From an uncultured Phycisphaerales bacterium (lineage in GTDB: Bacteria; Planctomycetota; Phycisphaerae; Tepidisphaerales; Tepidisphaeraceae): DNA of 64,000 bases. Shown here piece by piece: positions 40,401 through 48,690 of the stretch. The translations under genes were made by a program, and so were the position numbers. The DNA is taken from the NCBI GenBank assembly GCA_963758525.1, contig CAVWVQ010000003.1, forward strand, positions 2,944,001 to 3,008,000, written 5' to 3'. The notes below the pieces were generated by a model. That model was given only the letters and a program-made list of their open reading frames with translations. It was not told the DNA's origin and did no database searches. Every line of letters begins with the position of its first letter. Position 1 is the stretch's first letter.

Positions 40401-41478
40401 TGTCCTCGTCGATGAGCACCTGGTTCTGGTGATCGGCTTGATCGACGAGCCTGCCGGAAGCGTGAATGGTGAGGGTGACTTTTGTCCCCGCGAGGGCCTC
40501 GATTGTGCCATCGCTGGCGGCAGCGATTTTTGTCTCGATGCCGGTATACGCCGGGAAGTCATAGCGAAGATCGACGCTCACCACGCCCGGTCTTGGATTG
40601 ACCTTCGCGGTAAACCAGGCCGAATCGACTGAATCCGTCCGCACCATGTACGCGAACCCCTGCTGCAGATCGGAGAGCTTCGCCTGAAATTCGCGCGGAC
40701 GGATGGGATCGAGCGCGCGGGAGACGGTCTGGCCCGAGGGATATTTGATCACAAGCGCTGCGTGGTCGGTGCTTGCCGATTCGCTGGCCGCTTCCTTCGA
40801 CAGCTTCGCGGTAATCTCCAGATCGTCACCCTGCGCCAGCGTCACATCTCCGGGATGAACTGCAATCTTCGAAAGCGACGCCGGAAGCCCCGCGCCCATG
40901 GGATTGAAGAGCCGAAAGAGGCCCGCCTCGACCGGCAGCGGATGGATGAGGGCGAACAGCAGCCAGGTCAGGAGCACGGGCGCCAGATAGATTCCCCAGC
41001 GCGTCACGCGCCCGGTGCGGATGATCATCTCGGGATCGATTCCCCCCGCGTCCTTCTCCGCCTGGCGAAGCAGATGCGACAGCAGCGCCGCCGAGCCGCG
41101 GAATCGATCGTCATTTTCATCGGCCAGTTCGACGGCGCTGCTGAGCCGTTCCTGCATCCCCGGGGCCGACTGCTCAACCTGCAGCGCTGCCTGGCTGAGG
41201 CTCCAGCGCCGCAGCGCCGGCCGCAGAAATCGAATCGCCGTCCACAGCACCGCGCCCCACGTGGCAAACGCCAGCGGCACGCGCAGCACGCGCGGCATTC
41301 CCTCAAAATATCCGAGCATCAACGCGCCCAGCAGCAGGGCGATCAATCCAAAGGTGAGCGATTGAAGCGTTCCCACCGCGGCGACGACGATCCAGTGCCG
41401 CCGCGCGATCTCGCGAAGCGGTTTGCGAATCAGCTCCGAAATCCCGACGGAGCTAATCGGCCCAGAGAATGCTGACAT
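37426..41478 (-). CDS. Large membrane-anchored protein (DUF4175-like): TM region, Ig-like domains and a long Gln/Ala coiled coil
   Basis: ERLSSAVEL, PAYTG, A.DDFGV, LKASDN, C-terminal W.RLP...YREMIKNYY. Confidence 0.8.
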   Translation of the reverse strand: MSAFSGPISSVGISELIRKPLREIARRHWIVVAAVGTLQSLTFGLIALLLGALMLGYFEGMPRVLRVPLAFATWGAVLWTAIRFLRPALRRWSLSQAALQVEQSAPGMQERLSSAVELADENDDRFRGSAALLSHLLRQAEKDAGGIDPEMIIRTGRVTRWGIYLAPVLLTWLLFALIHPLPVEAGLFRLFNPMGAGLPASLSKIAVHPGDVTLAQGDDLEITAKLSKEAASESASTDHAALVIKYPSGQTVSRALDPIRPREFQAKLSDLQQGFAYMVRTDSVDSAWFTAKVNPRPGVVSVDLRYDFPAYTGIETKIAAASDGTIEALAGTKVTLTIHASGRLVDQADHQNQVLIDEDKPTRTVVPLTPLTGNDYQASFIISRSAQYRIQLCNEFDLTNRDNQLRNIIAHFDQPPTISILTPGASETVRPDDTVPVGYLATDDFGVASIVALVGTDENPPEERVLHLPAGDRRQIKQTFVLDIASIIAQSSADNPNRITYQLKASDNRDPDPQSAFSARQTLIIDRNAQSFTQKQDERTARELNRALDQAIQKLNEAEARSAALRNNDPNNPMVDQNRENAQAAEQHLAEASKELHDEAQHEADTPFADVAKKADDVAAQEIRHAAEDAAKAELAADRPEQRNEQAAAAQQQIAKARDKLQQIRNDIQPAREQAAAQRDLQQAAHLQAEAAKGFADHPEQKARNEERQREAMQKLQEALQHNPALRDDRAQQVAQHLADLANRITDLQNQQTRQQDQTAKQDELQQAQDRANKLADQQQKLNDEIQRFARQEKQPLDAAQAQPPNADQQKSIIAALNRNDADNAAAQMKQQADQLRQNARQLQQQAAAHDPNHTPEQQAAQQKDQQDAQAAQQAKDQANHAADELARDAHQPDPPDANDAAEQHVAAAAQAIEQQADALHPNDPHAQEEAQAAHHDAEQAAQDAQAAEHAADHHESTKDLAQAAQELHRAAKELARAAADNAKADQAEAKAEQHQSADDAAQQAKQLAAAQDALAHAADEERPAVAHARENAEPQQQAAQEQQQLADQANQDARQADALAQQAHQADDSDVAHCAAETQKQLQQAAREQQQAAGAEQHGDAPHAAEHQEAAQQALAQAQTALRGLEHAEQANADAAHPDAEQSHSDANNDHPDSDQGHPDSGKAQAAQGHADGEHPDAGDQASADQPQQTPEHARQQAAQAAQEAAAVQPQALQPNPQAAQEAANALRQAAQANAQAQPGQPHQGQPDDAQTAGQEPGKPGKPTSVPMPALVSVNGIAPQEAGGSGAPEAVKSMGISAGDWARLPTLMRKELLNAAQQSGPASYREMIKNYYVRIAREQAENGATAEQQ

Positions 41479-41705
41479 GGGAAGCCTCCCGGAGCGCGCA
41501 TGCCGCTCACAGCGACATCACATTAGTTTTGCTACTGCCTGATAGGAAGGGCGTTGCGGAGAATTCGCAGGATTGGCGATCTGAACGCGACGGAACCTCC
41601 TCCAAATGCGCCTATCGGAAAAAGATTGGATTCGCCCGCCGATTTTCATACACTGCGGTGCTGAAAGCAGGGGAGCCGCGACGGTTTCGAGAAAGGATCC
41701 TTTTT

Positions 41706-42731
41706 ATGCCGCTGATGACCACCAAGCCGATGTTCGACCTTGCCTATGACGGCGGGTTTGCCGTTGGCGCTTTTAACGTCAACAACATGGAATTGGCCCA
41801 GTCGATCATCGACGCGTGCGCCAAGGAGAGCAGCCCGCTGATCCTGCAGATCAGCAAAGGGGCCCGCAAATACGCCAACATTCGCTACCTCAAGCACATC
41901 ATTGACGCGGCTGTCGAGGATCACCCGGAACTGCCCATTGCAATTCATTGCGATCACGGCGACACGCTCGACCTGATTCAGACCTGCGTCAACGACGGCT
42001 ACACCAGCGTCATGATTGACGCGAGCCATCACCCGATGGAGGAGAACATTCACACGACCGCCGCGGCAGTGAAGATCGCTCACGCGGCCGGCGTGGTTGT
42101 CGAGGCGGAACTCGGAATGCTCGGCGGGATCGAGGAAGACGTCGTCGGTCTCGATGCCGAGGAGTATGAAAAGAACGTCGAGAAGTTTCTGACCGATCCC
42201 GACGAGGCGGCGACGTTCACGAAGGCGACTGGAATCGACAGCCTTGCGGTCGCGATCGGGACCAGTCACGGCGCCTACAAGTTCAAGCATGAAGCGAAGC
42301 TGGCGTTTAACCGCATCGAGCAGATCATGAAAACGTGCCCCGGCTTGCCGCTGGTGATGCACGGCTCGAGCAGCGTGCCGCAGGAATTTATCGACCTGGT
42401 TAACAAGTATGGCGGCGCAATGCCCAACGCCAAGGGCGTGCCGGAAGATCAGATCGCGATGGCGGTGCAGAAGTATGGCGTCTGCAAGGTGAACATCGAC
42501 ACCGATCTTCGCCTGGCGATGACCGCCAAGATCCGCGAGGTCTTCGCGACCAAGCCCGCCGAGTTTGATCCGCGCAACTACCTCGGGCCCGCCCGCGAGG
42601 CGATCACCAAGATGGTGCAGCGAAAGCTCCACATGCTCAACAGCGCCGGCAAAGCCGAGGCCATCAACAAGCATTGGGAAAAGAGCGGCAAGCCGCTGCC
42701 ATTGTTCTATCAGAAGCATGCGGCGGCGTGA
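41706..42731 (+). CDS. fba: Class II fructose-1,6-bisphosphate aldolase
   Basis: GAFNVNNME, HCDHG, TSVMIDAS, VEAELG, AIGTSHGAYK, LVMHGSS, KVNIDTD. Confidence 0.95.
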   Translation: MPLMTTKPMFDLAYDGGFAVGAFNVNNMELAQSIIDACAKESSPLILQISKGARKYANIRYLKHIIDAAVEDHPELPIAIHCDHGDTLDLIQTCVNDGYTSVMIDASHHPMEENIHTTAAAVKIAHAAGVVVEAELGMLGGIEEDVVGLDAEEYEKNVEKFLTDPDEAATFTKATGIDSLAVAIGTSHGAYKFKHEAKLAFNRIEQIMKTCPGLPLVMHGSSSVPQEFIDLVNKYGGAMPNAKGVPEDQIAMAVQKYGVCKVNIDTDLRLAMTAKIREVFATKPAEFDPRNYLGPAREAITKMVQRKLHMLNSAGKAEAINKHWEKSGKPLPLFYQKHAAA

Positions 42732-43951
42732 GATTTCAGGGCAGAAATGTCCAATGCCCAATGGCCAACAAAGCACCAAACCCCAATGCCCAAGGTTGGT
42801 TCTTCCCGTTGGTCCTTGTGGCTTGGGATTTTGTTGGCCATTGGGTATTGGCCATTTCTTCGTCCCTGGCGTCTCTCTTTTCGGAGCGGCGCGCAGGCAA
42901 AAAACAGGAACAGACCCAGTGGCCCTTTGCGCATGCCGTCCTTCTGGTCAGCCTGCTGAGCCCAAAGGTCTTCGCCGACTGGTCTGAGCCGAAGGACGGC
43001 GTGTTTACCGAGCAGCAACTGACGGCATATCTCGACACATCGAAGGAATGGATCGCCACGATGAAAGCCGCGGGGAAGCCGGTGGAAGGGTCGCCATCGG
43101 GATTCACCGCGCTGGTGCTCTACGCTCGGGGCAGTCAGCAATTCCACGATTCCCTGGCAAAGCATGGGCTGGAAGAAGCCGAATTTAACTGGCTCGGCAG
43201 CAAGACGTGGGAGGCCTGGAGCGCGATCGACGCCGATCAGATGGCCGCGCAGGCGGACGCCGACATGGCTTCTGAATCCAGGAAAAACGTCGACCATTTG
43301 GCGGATGACCAAGCCCGACTCGCGGCGTATCAAAAGGCGCTGGCGGAGGGGCGCAAGGTCATGAGCGCCGACGAGCGCGACGCTGCGATCAAGCAGGCGC
43401 AAAACGAGCAGCAATCCTCCACCGAAGAAGCGGCTCAACATGCCGAGGAAGCCAGGAGCGCTGCCGCGGATGCGGCCAAGTCGGATGCGGAATCCAAGGC
43501 TGACGACGCCTTGGCGACTGCTCCGCCGTCAAGCATCAGCGACGATGAGAAAGGGGCCTTCATCGACGGAAAGAAAAACGATGCGCAGGCGGCACGCGAC
43601 AGCGCGCAGGAAGATCGGATGAAGGCCGCCGATGCGAAGCAGGCCCAGGCCGACGCGGAGGCGAAAGCCGCCGTCGCGGCCGCGACGGCGCGCCAGCCGG
43701 ACGTTCCTCAAACCGAAGAGGAAAAGGCCGACTTCAAGAAGCAGAACCAGCAGATGATCGCCCAGCTCCAAGCGGATATCAGCGCCGCGCAGGATGCGAC
43801 AAAGCAACTGGCCGAGACCGGCGACGCAACCCGCAAGGCGCTCATGCAGCAGCGAGCGAAGATCCCCCAGGCCAATGTTGATTTGCTCAAGAAGCATCTG
43901 CACGACTTCGCCGATGTCTGGCAGATCAAAACGTCCGCGGAAACGAAATAG
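42728..43951 (+). CDS. Secreted coiled-coil hypothetical protein; start uncertain (GTG overlapping the fba stop)
   Basis: Signal-like AVLLVSLLSPKVFA-DW; Ala/Asp/Lys/Gln-rich helical body. Confidence 0.65.
   Translation: MRFQGRNVQCPMANKAPNPNAQGWFFPLVLVAWDFVGHWVLAISSSLASLFSERRAGKKQEQTQWPFAHAVLLVSLLSPKVFADWSEPKDGVFTEQQLTAYLDTSKEWIATMKAAGKPVEGSPSGFTALVLYARGSQQFHDSLAKHGLEEAEFNWLGSKTWEAWSAIDADQMAAQADADMASESRKNVDHLADDQARLAAYQKALAEGRKVMSADERDAAIKQAQNEQQSSTEEAAQHAEEARSAAADAAKSDAESKADDALATAPPSSISDDEKGAFIDGKKNDAQAARDSAQEDRMKAADAKQAQADAEAKAAVAAATARQPDVPQTEEEKADFKKQNQQMIAQLQADISAAQDATKQLAETGDATRKALMQQRAKIPQANVDLLKKHLHDFADVWQIKTSAETK
42744..42858. repeat. CCCAATGGCCAACAAA...TTTGTTGGCCATTGGG palindromic repeat, copy 2
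   Basis: Matches 4021-4134. Confidence 0.8.
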
Positions 43952-43979
43952 CATGTCGCGATTCATGATGTCTCCCCAA

Positions 43980-44134
43980 GGTTAGCCGCGACGCGCAGCG
44001 GAGCGCGTCCGGAACCTTCCCCGTGGCATGGGCGTCCCGCCCATGTTAGCGACGCAAAACTGAAGAGAATCCCTCGATATCAAGTGTTGTCTTACTTCCA
44101 TGCCGCTGGCACGGGCGAGACGCCCCTGTCACAC
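43980..44134. repeat. Intergenic REP mosaic: GGTTAG family unit plus a GTGGCATGGGCGTCCCGCCCATG / CACGGGCGAGACGCCC inverted pair
   Basis: Matches the 10473 family plus a distinct palindromic pair. Confidence 0.7.
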
Positions 44135-44186
44135 GGGAAAGTCCGGTCGCACGAAACGAATCCCGCGACGCGAAGTATTCCCTAAC

Positions 44187-46262
44187 GTGAAACCAACAGT
44201 AGCGACGGCGTTCCTGATTGCAGCCGTAATCGGCAGTTCGACATTGGCGGCCGATCCTAAATCCGCGCCTGCGAATCCAGCCCGCCTGATCCCTCCCGCG
44301 GCTCCTGCCGACAAGCTCTTATCCATTGACGATCTCCATGATATCCAACAGGGCCTCGACGCGCTCGCGAAGGAAATCGACTCCTTGCGGACGGGGCTCG
44401 CCGCCAGACCGCAACTGCTGGCGTATCTGCCGGACGTGATGATTTTCGAGAAGGCCGTCCGATTCCCGCTTGCCGATCATGAACTTGTCGACGCTAAAGA
44501 GGCGCGGGCCGCGATTGCCGAGGGGATGAATCGGGCCAAGGCATTGCACGATGGAAAGACGCCGTGGGAATCGCTCAGCGGCCTGCGCGGTTACGTCTCG
44601 TCCATCGACGGATCGATCCAGCCTTATCAAATCGGCTTGCCCGCGGAGATCTCCGTCAATCACGTGCCCTGGCGGCTTGACATGATTTTTCATGGCCGCG
44701 ATGAACTATTGACCGAGCTGAAATTTGTCAGCGGCAAGGAGGGGCCGACCACCGGCAAGATCGTCCTCAAGTTGTACGGCCGCTACTGCAACGCCAGCAA
44801 ATTCGCCGGTGAGGTCGACGCGCTCGAGGCGCTGGCGGACGTGGAACGGCGTTATTCCGTCGACACCGACCGCGTGCTCGATATCGGATTTTCGATGGGC
44901 GGCGCATCGGCCTGGCAATTTGCCACCCACTACACCGATCTGTTCGCGGCGGCGTCCCCCGGCGCGGGATTTGCGGAGTCGGCCCAGTTCCTTCACATCC
45001 ACCACGACGAAGCGATGGCGCTCCCGTGGTACCAGCGAGTTCTGTGGCACCTCTACGATTGCACGGACTACGCCGTCAATCTCAATCAGCTTCCGATGAT
45101 CGCCTATGCCGGCGAAATCGATCCACAGAAACAGTCGAGCGACATCATGATGTCGGCAATGGCCGCCGAGGGGTTGACGCTCCGGCGGTTGATCGGGCCG
45201 AAGACCAAACATGCTTATGAGAAGGCAACCAAAGTGGAACTGGATAGGGACCTGGACGCGATTATCGCTGCTGGTCGCACTCGAACTCCCGAAACGATTC
45301 GGTTCACCACGTGGACGCTGAAATACAACCGCATGGATTGGATCACCATCGACGCACTGGATCGCCACTGGCTTCGGGCGCGGGTCGACGGCAGCTTCGT
45401 GCAGCCGACGGACTGTTGCGGGATCGGCTATGTGCTCAAGACGCAGAACGTCACGGGGTTGACGCTGAGCTTCGGGCCGGGTGAATCGCCGGTTGAGAAG
45501 GGAAAGCAGCCGGGCATCGAAATCGATGGCACAAAATTGATGGGCGCGGCGGTGGCCGACGACACCAGCTGGACCGGGCATTTCAAGAAAACTGCCGATG
45601 GATGGGCGATAGCGCCAGCCGCGTCCAGCAGCGGCTTGCACAAAGTGCATGATCTGCAGGGACCGATCGACGATGCCTTCATGTCGCGTTTCGTGTTTGT
45701 CCGTCCGACAGGCACGCCGATGAATGCGACGACCGGAGCATGGGAGTCCGAGGAACTCGACCATGCGATGAGGGAATGGCGTCGCCAGTTTCGCGGCGAG
45801 CCACCGGTCAAAAACGATGATCAGATCACCGCCGATGACATCGCCGCGGGCAACTTGATCTGTTTCGGCGATCCGTCGAGCAACAAGATCCTGGCCCGCG
45901 TCGCGGACGAGCTCCCGATCCAGTGGACCGCCCGGCAGATCACCGTGGGCGATCAGTCCTTCCCGTCCGATCATCACGCCCCGGTGATGATCTATCCGAA
46001 TCCGCTCAATCCCGATCACTATCTGGTGATCAACAGCGGCTTCACCTTCCGCGAGAACGATTACATCAGCAACGCCAGGCAGACGCCCAAGCTGCCGGAT
46101 TACGCGGTGGTGGATGTGAACGTTCCGGTCTCCAGAACGTCCCCGGGCGAAATCGCGACCGCCGGCTTTTTCGATGAGCAATGGCGTCTGCAACCGGACG
46201 GAGGAAAGCAGATTCTCACCGCGGCCGCGACAGATCCGCCCGGGACACAGCCGGCCAAGTAG
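44187..46262 (+). CDS. Secreted alpha/beta-hydrolase (peptidase S9-like) protein
   Basis: Signal peptide; S.IDGS.QPY, HGR, GFSMGG nucleophile elbow, GE.D.Q, T.H.Y. Confidence 0.8.
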   Translation: MKPTVATAFLIAAVIGSSTLAADPKSAPANPARLIPPAAPADKLLSIDDLHDIQQGLDALAKEIDSLRTGLAARPQLLAYLPDVMIFEKAVRFPLADHELVDAKEARAAIAEGMNRAKALHDGKTPWESLSGLRGYVSSIDGSIQPYQIGLPAEISVNHVPWRLDMIFHGRDELLTELKFVSGKEGPTTGKIVLKLYGRYCNASKFAGEVDALEALADVERRYSVDTDRVLDIGFSMGGASAWQFATHYTDLFAAASPGAGFAESAQFLHIHHDEAMALPWYQRVLWHLYDCTDYAVNLNQLPMIAYAGEIDPQKQSSDIMMSAMAAEGLTLRRLIGPKTKHAYEKATKVELDRDLDAIIAAGRTRTPETIRFTTWTLKYNRMDWITIDALDRHWLRARVDGSFVQPTDCCGIGYVLKTQNVTGLTLSFGPGESPVEKGKQPGIEIDGTKLMGAAVADDTSWTGHFKKTADGWAIAPAASSSGLHKVHDLQGPIDDAFMSRFVFVRPTGTPMNATTGAWESEELDHAMREWRRQFRGEPPVKNDDQITADDIAAGNLICFGDPSSNKILARVADELPIQWTARQITVGDQSFPSDHHAPVMIYPNPLNPDHYLVINSGFTFRENDYISNARQTPKLPDYAVVDVNVPVSRTSPGEIATAGFFDEQWRLQPDGGKQILTAAATDPPGTQPAK

Positions 46263-46473
46263 TGCTGACGACTCGCTCGCCGTCAGGGTTTGAGCGGTAT
46301 AAAGCTGGACCGCAATTCTAACTGTAACCTTCGGCTCCTCCGCGCGTCCTAGAATATGAACGATGGCAGCGGAAACGAAAAATAAACGCCTCGAATAATC
46401 ATTCGATCGTGTGGACGCGGAGAACTTCATGCGCCATATATCGTATGTCTGATGTAACGAGCCTCCTTCCCTG

Positions 46474-46511
46474 GGCGCCGTGGTTTCCGAGAGGACCACG
46501 GCGCCTTTTTT
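46474..46511 (+). terminator. Intrinsic terminator
   Basis: GGCGCCGTGGT...ACCACGGCGCC followed by TTTTTT. Confidence 0.85.
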
Positions 46512-46592
46512 ATGCGCACGAACGTCCTTTGAGCCGCCGCCCGCAGGGGCCGCGATGTGCTTGCTCGCACGCCGGCTGCTCCCGCACCCTGA

Positions 46593-46967
46593 TTAGTAGC
46601 ATGACATCACTGTGGCGATCCAATGCGGTTCTGCGCGTACGAGATCGACAGCGAACTCGAGCACAGATCCACCCCTCGCTCCGATCAGCTCGATTGTGAT
46701 TTGATTTGGTGGCGTATCACGAATGATGAAACTTCCCGCTTCGATTCTTCGCACGCTCCCGCGATTACCCGTCAGCGGCCCCTCGTACGAGAGATAGTCC
46801 CGTCGATGATCCGCCAAGCGGAGCAGCGGAGTCGGCTGATCGATGGGCCAGGCGTCGCTCCGCCAGGTCGAGAGCAATCCGCCCGGCGCGGTTTCAAACA
46901 TCAGATCAAAGTGCGGAGCATCAATGCCCTCGTGGCGGAGAATGACGTAGCGAAGAAAGGTCTGCAT
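46593..46967 (-). CDS. Stand-alone LigD phosphoesterase (PE/LigD_N)-like protein
   Basis: RYVILRH...HFDLMFE, L.TWR, DHRRDYL.YEG....RG.V. Confidence 0.75.
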   Translation of the reverse strand: MQTFLRYVILRHEGIDAPHFDLMFETAPGGLLSTWRSDAWPIDQPTPLLRLADHRRDYLSYEGPLTGNRGSVRRIEAGSFIIRDTPPNQITIELIGARGGSVLEFAVDLVRAEPHWIATVMSCY

Positions 46968-46969
46968 GA

Positions 46970-47014
46970 TTGTGGTGCAGGCACTTCAGAGCAGGCTGGG
47001 AGCCTGCACCACAA
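46970..47014. repeat. TTGTGGTGCAGGC...GCCTGCACCACAA palindromic REP
   Basis: Hairpin; degenerate relatives near 31375 and 34930. Confidence 0.65.
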
Positions 47015-47021
47015 AAAGCAA

Positions 47022-48089
47022 TTATGCCATCAGCACCGGCGACGGCACATACGCGCTGCGCACCCGCCCGCTCGGATCGACGCTGCTCTTGAGATCACAG
47101 GGATGAGCGTCGGCGCCCAGGCCCCAGTCGCGGGCGTAATCCTCCGCGATCTGCAGCAATTCCGCCTGCGAGAGGTTCGGCTTCCCCGTCGATTCCGCGG
47201 CTTCCTGAATTTCATGCTCGTTGAGAAATGTGCCGGTGATGCTCGTCAGCGCCGAATCCATCAGCAGCCATTTGCAGGCAAGTTGATGCACGGTCATCCC
47301 GTGATCCGAAGCGTAATGCCGCACCAGCTCCAGTTTTTTGAGGCCGTAGATCTTCCAGGATTGATCGCGGAACTTGCGGTGATCGCTCTCGCCGATGGTG
47401 GTGTCGAGTTTGACGACGTCCTTGAGGATGCTGCTGTTGTCGTGGACGCGGGCAAGCACGCCCGCGGCATGCGACCGCGCGACTTCGCAAAACTCCCGCC
47501 CCGGATTCTGCTCGAAGAGGTTGTAGACCGTCTGCACGGCTTTGGCTCCGTGATCCATCACCGCCTTGATCCCCTCCTCGCGCCATCCGATGGCCGGGCC
47601 GAGTGACACGCCCCAGACTTTGATTTTCCCTTCGTCCTTCACCTTTTCCAGCTCCGCAAACAGGTCATCGCGAAACTGCGGCAGCTTGATGTTGTGAGCC
47701 ATGTAAAGATCGATGACATCCACGCCGAGACGCTGCAATGATCGCTCCAGGGCGAGGCGCATGAATTTGGGGGAAAAATCCTGCTTTCGTTCGCTATGGC
47801 TGCCAGGCGTTCCCGGGTCGTTGTAAAAGTCGTAGCCGAACTTGCTGCCGATCTCGACCTGATCCCGCCGCACGGTTTTGAGGAACTTGCCGAAGACCGT
47901 CTCCGCCCGGCCGTTGCCGTAGGCGTCGCCGTTGTCGAAATAGGTGACGCCTTGATCGAATGCGAATTTGCACATCTCCATCGCGCGTTCGTCGGTGTAG
48001 TGTCCCCACCAATCGACACCGAAGATCCAGCAACCGAGAGAGACCGCCGAGACTTCCAACGCGGTATTTCCGAAGCGACGTCGTTCCAT
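47022..48089 (-). CDS. Aldo/keto reductase
   Basis: VS.VSLGCW, FD..DAYGNG.AE, SKFG, SL.RL..D.ID.Y..H, EGKI..WGVS, YNLFE. Confidence 0.92.
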   Translation of the reverse strand: MERRRFGNTALEVSAVSLGCWIFGVDWWGHYTDERAMEMCKFAFDQGVTYFDNGDAYGNGRAETVFGKFLKTVRRDQVEIGSKFGYDFYNDPGTPGSHSERKQDFSPKFMRLALERSLQRLGVDVIDLYMAHNIKLPQFRDDLFAELEKVKDEGKIKVWGVSLGPAIGWREEGIKAVMDHGAKAVQTVYNLFEQNPGREFCEVARSHAAGVLARVHDNSSILKDVVKLDTTIGESDHRKFRDQSWKIYGLKKLELVRHYASDHGMTVHQLACKWLLMDSALTSITGTFLNEHEIQEAAESTGKPNLSQAELLQIAEDYARDWGLGADAHPCDLKSSVDPSGRVRSAYVPSPVLMA

Positions 48090-48690
48090 GATGAGATCAA
48101 TATACGGAGGAAGGAGCCAGAAGTCAGGAGCCGCAGCTGCGAGGGACGAGCGCGAATTTCCGGGCGGGAAGGAGCAAACTGCGTAGAGGACACCAGAGTT
48201 CCGAATCATCGAATTGCTTCTGCGTTATGAAGTCGGGTGATTCGATGGGACAGCCGCGTCTCCCGCTTCGTTAAAATGGCGAATCAGGGCGGGGTGAGTA
48301 TTTAAGCAAATCGAAGTTTGAGGGAGCGCACTTAGGGGAAACCCCGACAAGGAGGTGTGCTGTTAGAATTCACGACGGCTTGAAGCACCTGATGGAGAGC
48401 AATCCGGCATCGGAGCGTCACCGATTTCACGAAGTCCGCCAGCGAGCGACGCGGGTTTGGGTGTGTGCCGGAATATGCCCCGCAAATCATATTCGTGTGC
48501 GTAATTTTGTTATTGCGAAATGCAGACGCGTTTCTACAGTAGACGACATTTATTATAGGACGTGAACACCCGGCTGCGGAGACGGAGTTTCGCGAACGTC
48601 ACGCCCTTTTTGAGTTCCATAGGGACCAAACCAATCCAGGCTTCGCCGAATGAGCGGCTTGGGAGTGGTTCACATCAAGCGAGGGAAATC

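Noticed and set aside
7619..46499. Long opposite-strand or alternate-frame ORFs (e.g. 7619-9343, 25008-26408, 36065-37483, 37596-39041, 44706-46499)
   Set aside because: They are shadow ORFs of high-GC genes with clear family motifs in another frame or strand.
46593..46967. An NHEJ system
   Set aside because: Only a stand-alone PE-like domain is present; no Ku or ligase is in the window.
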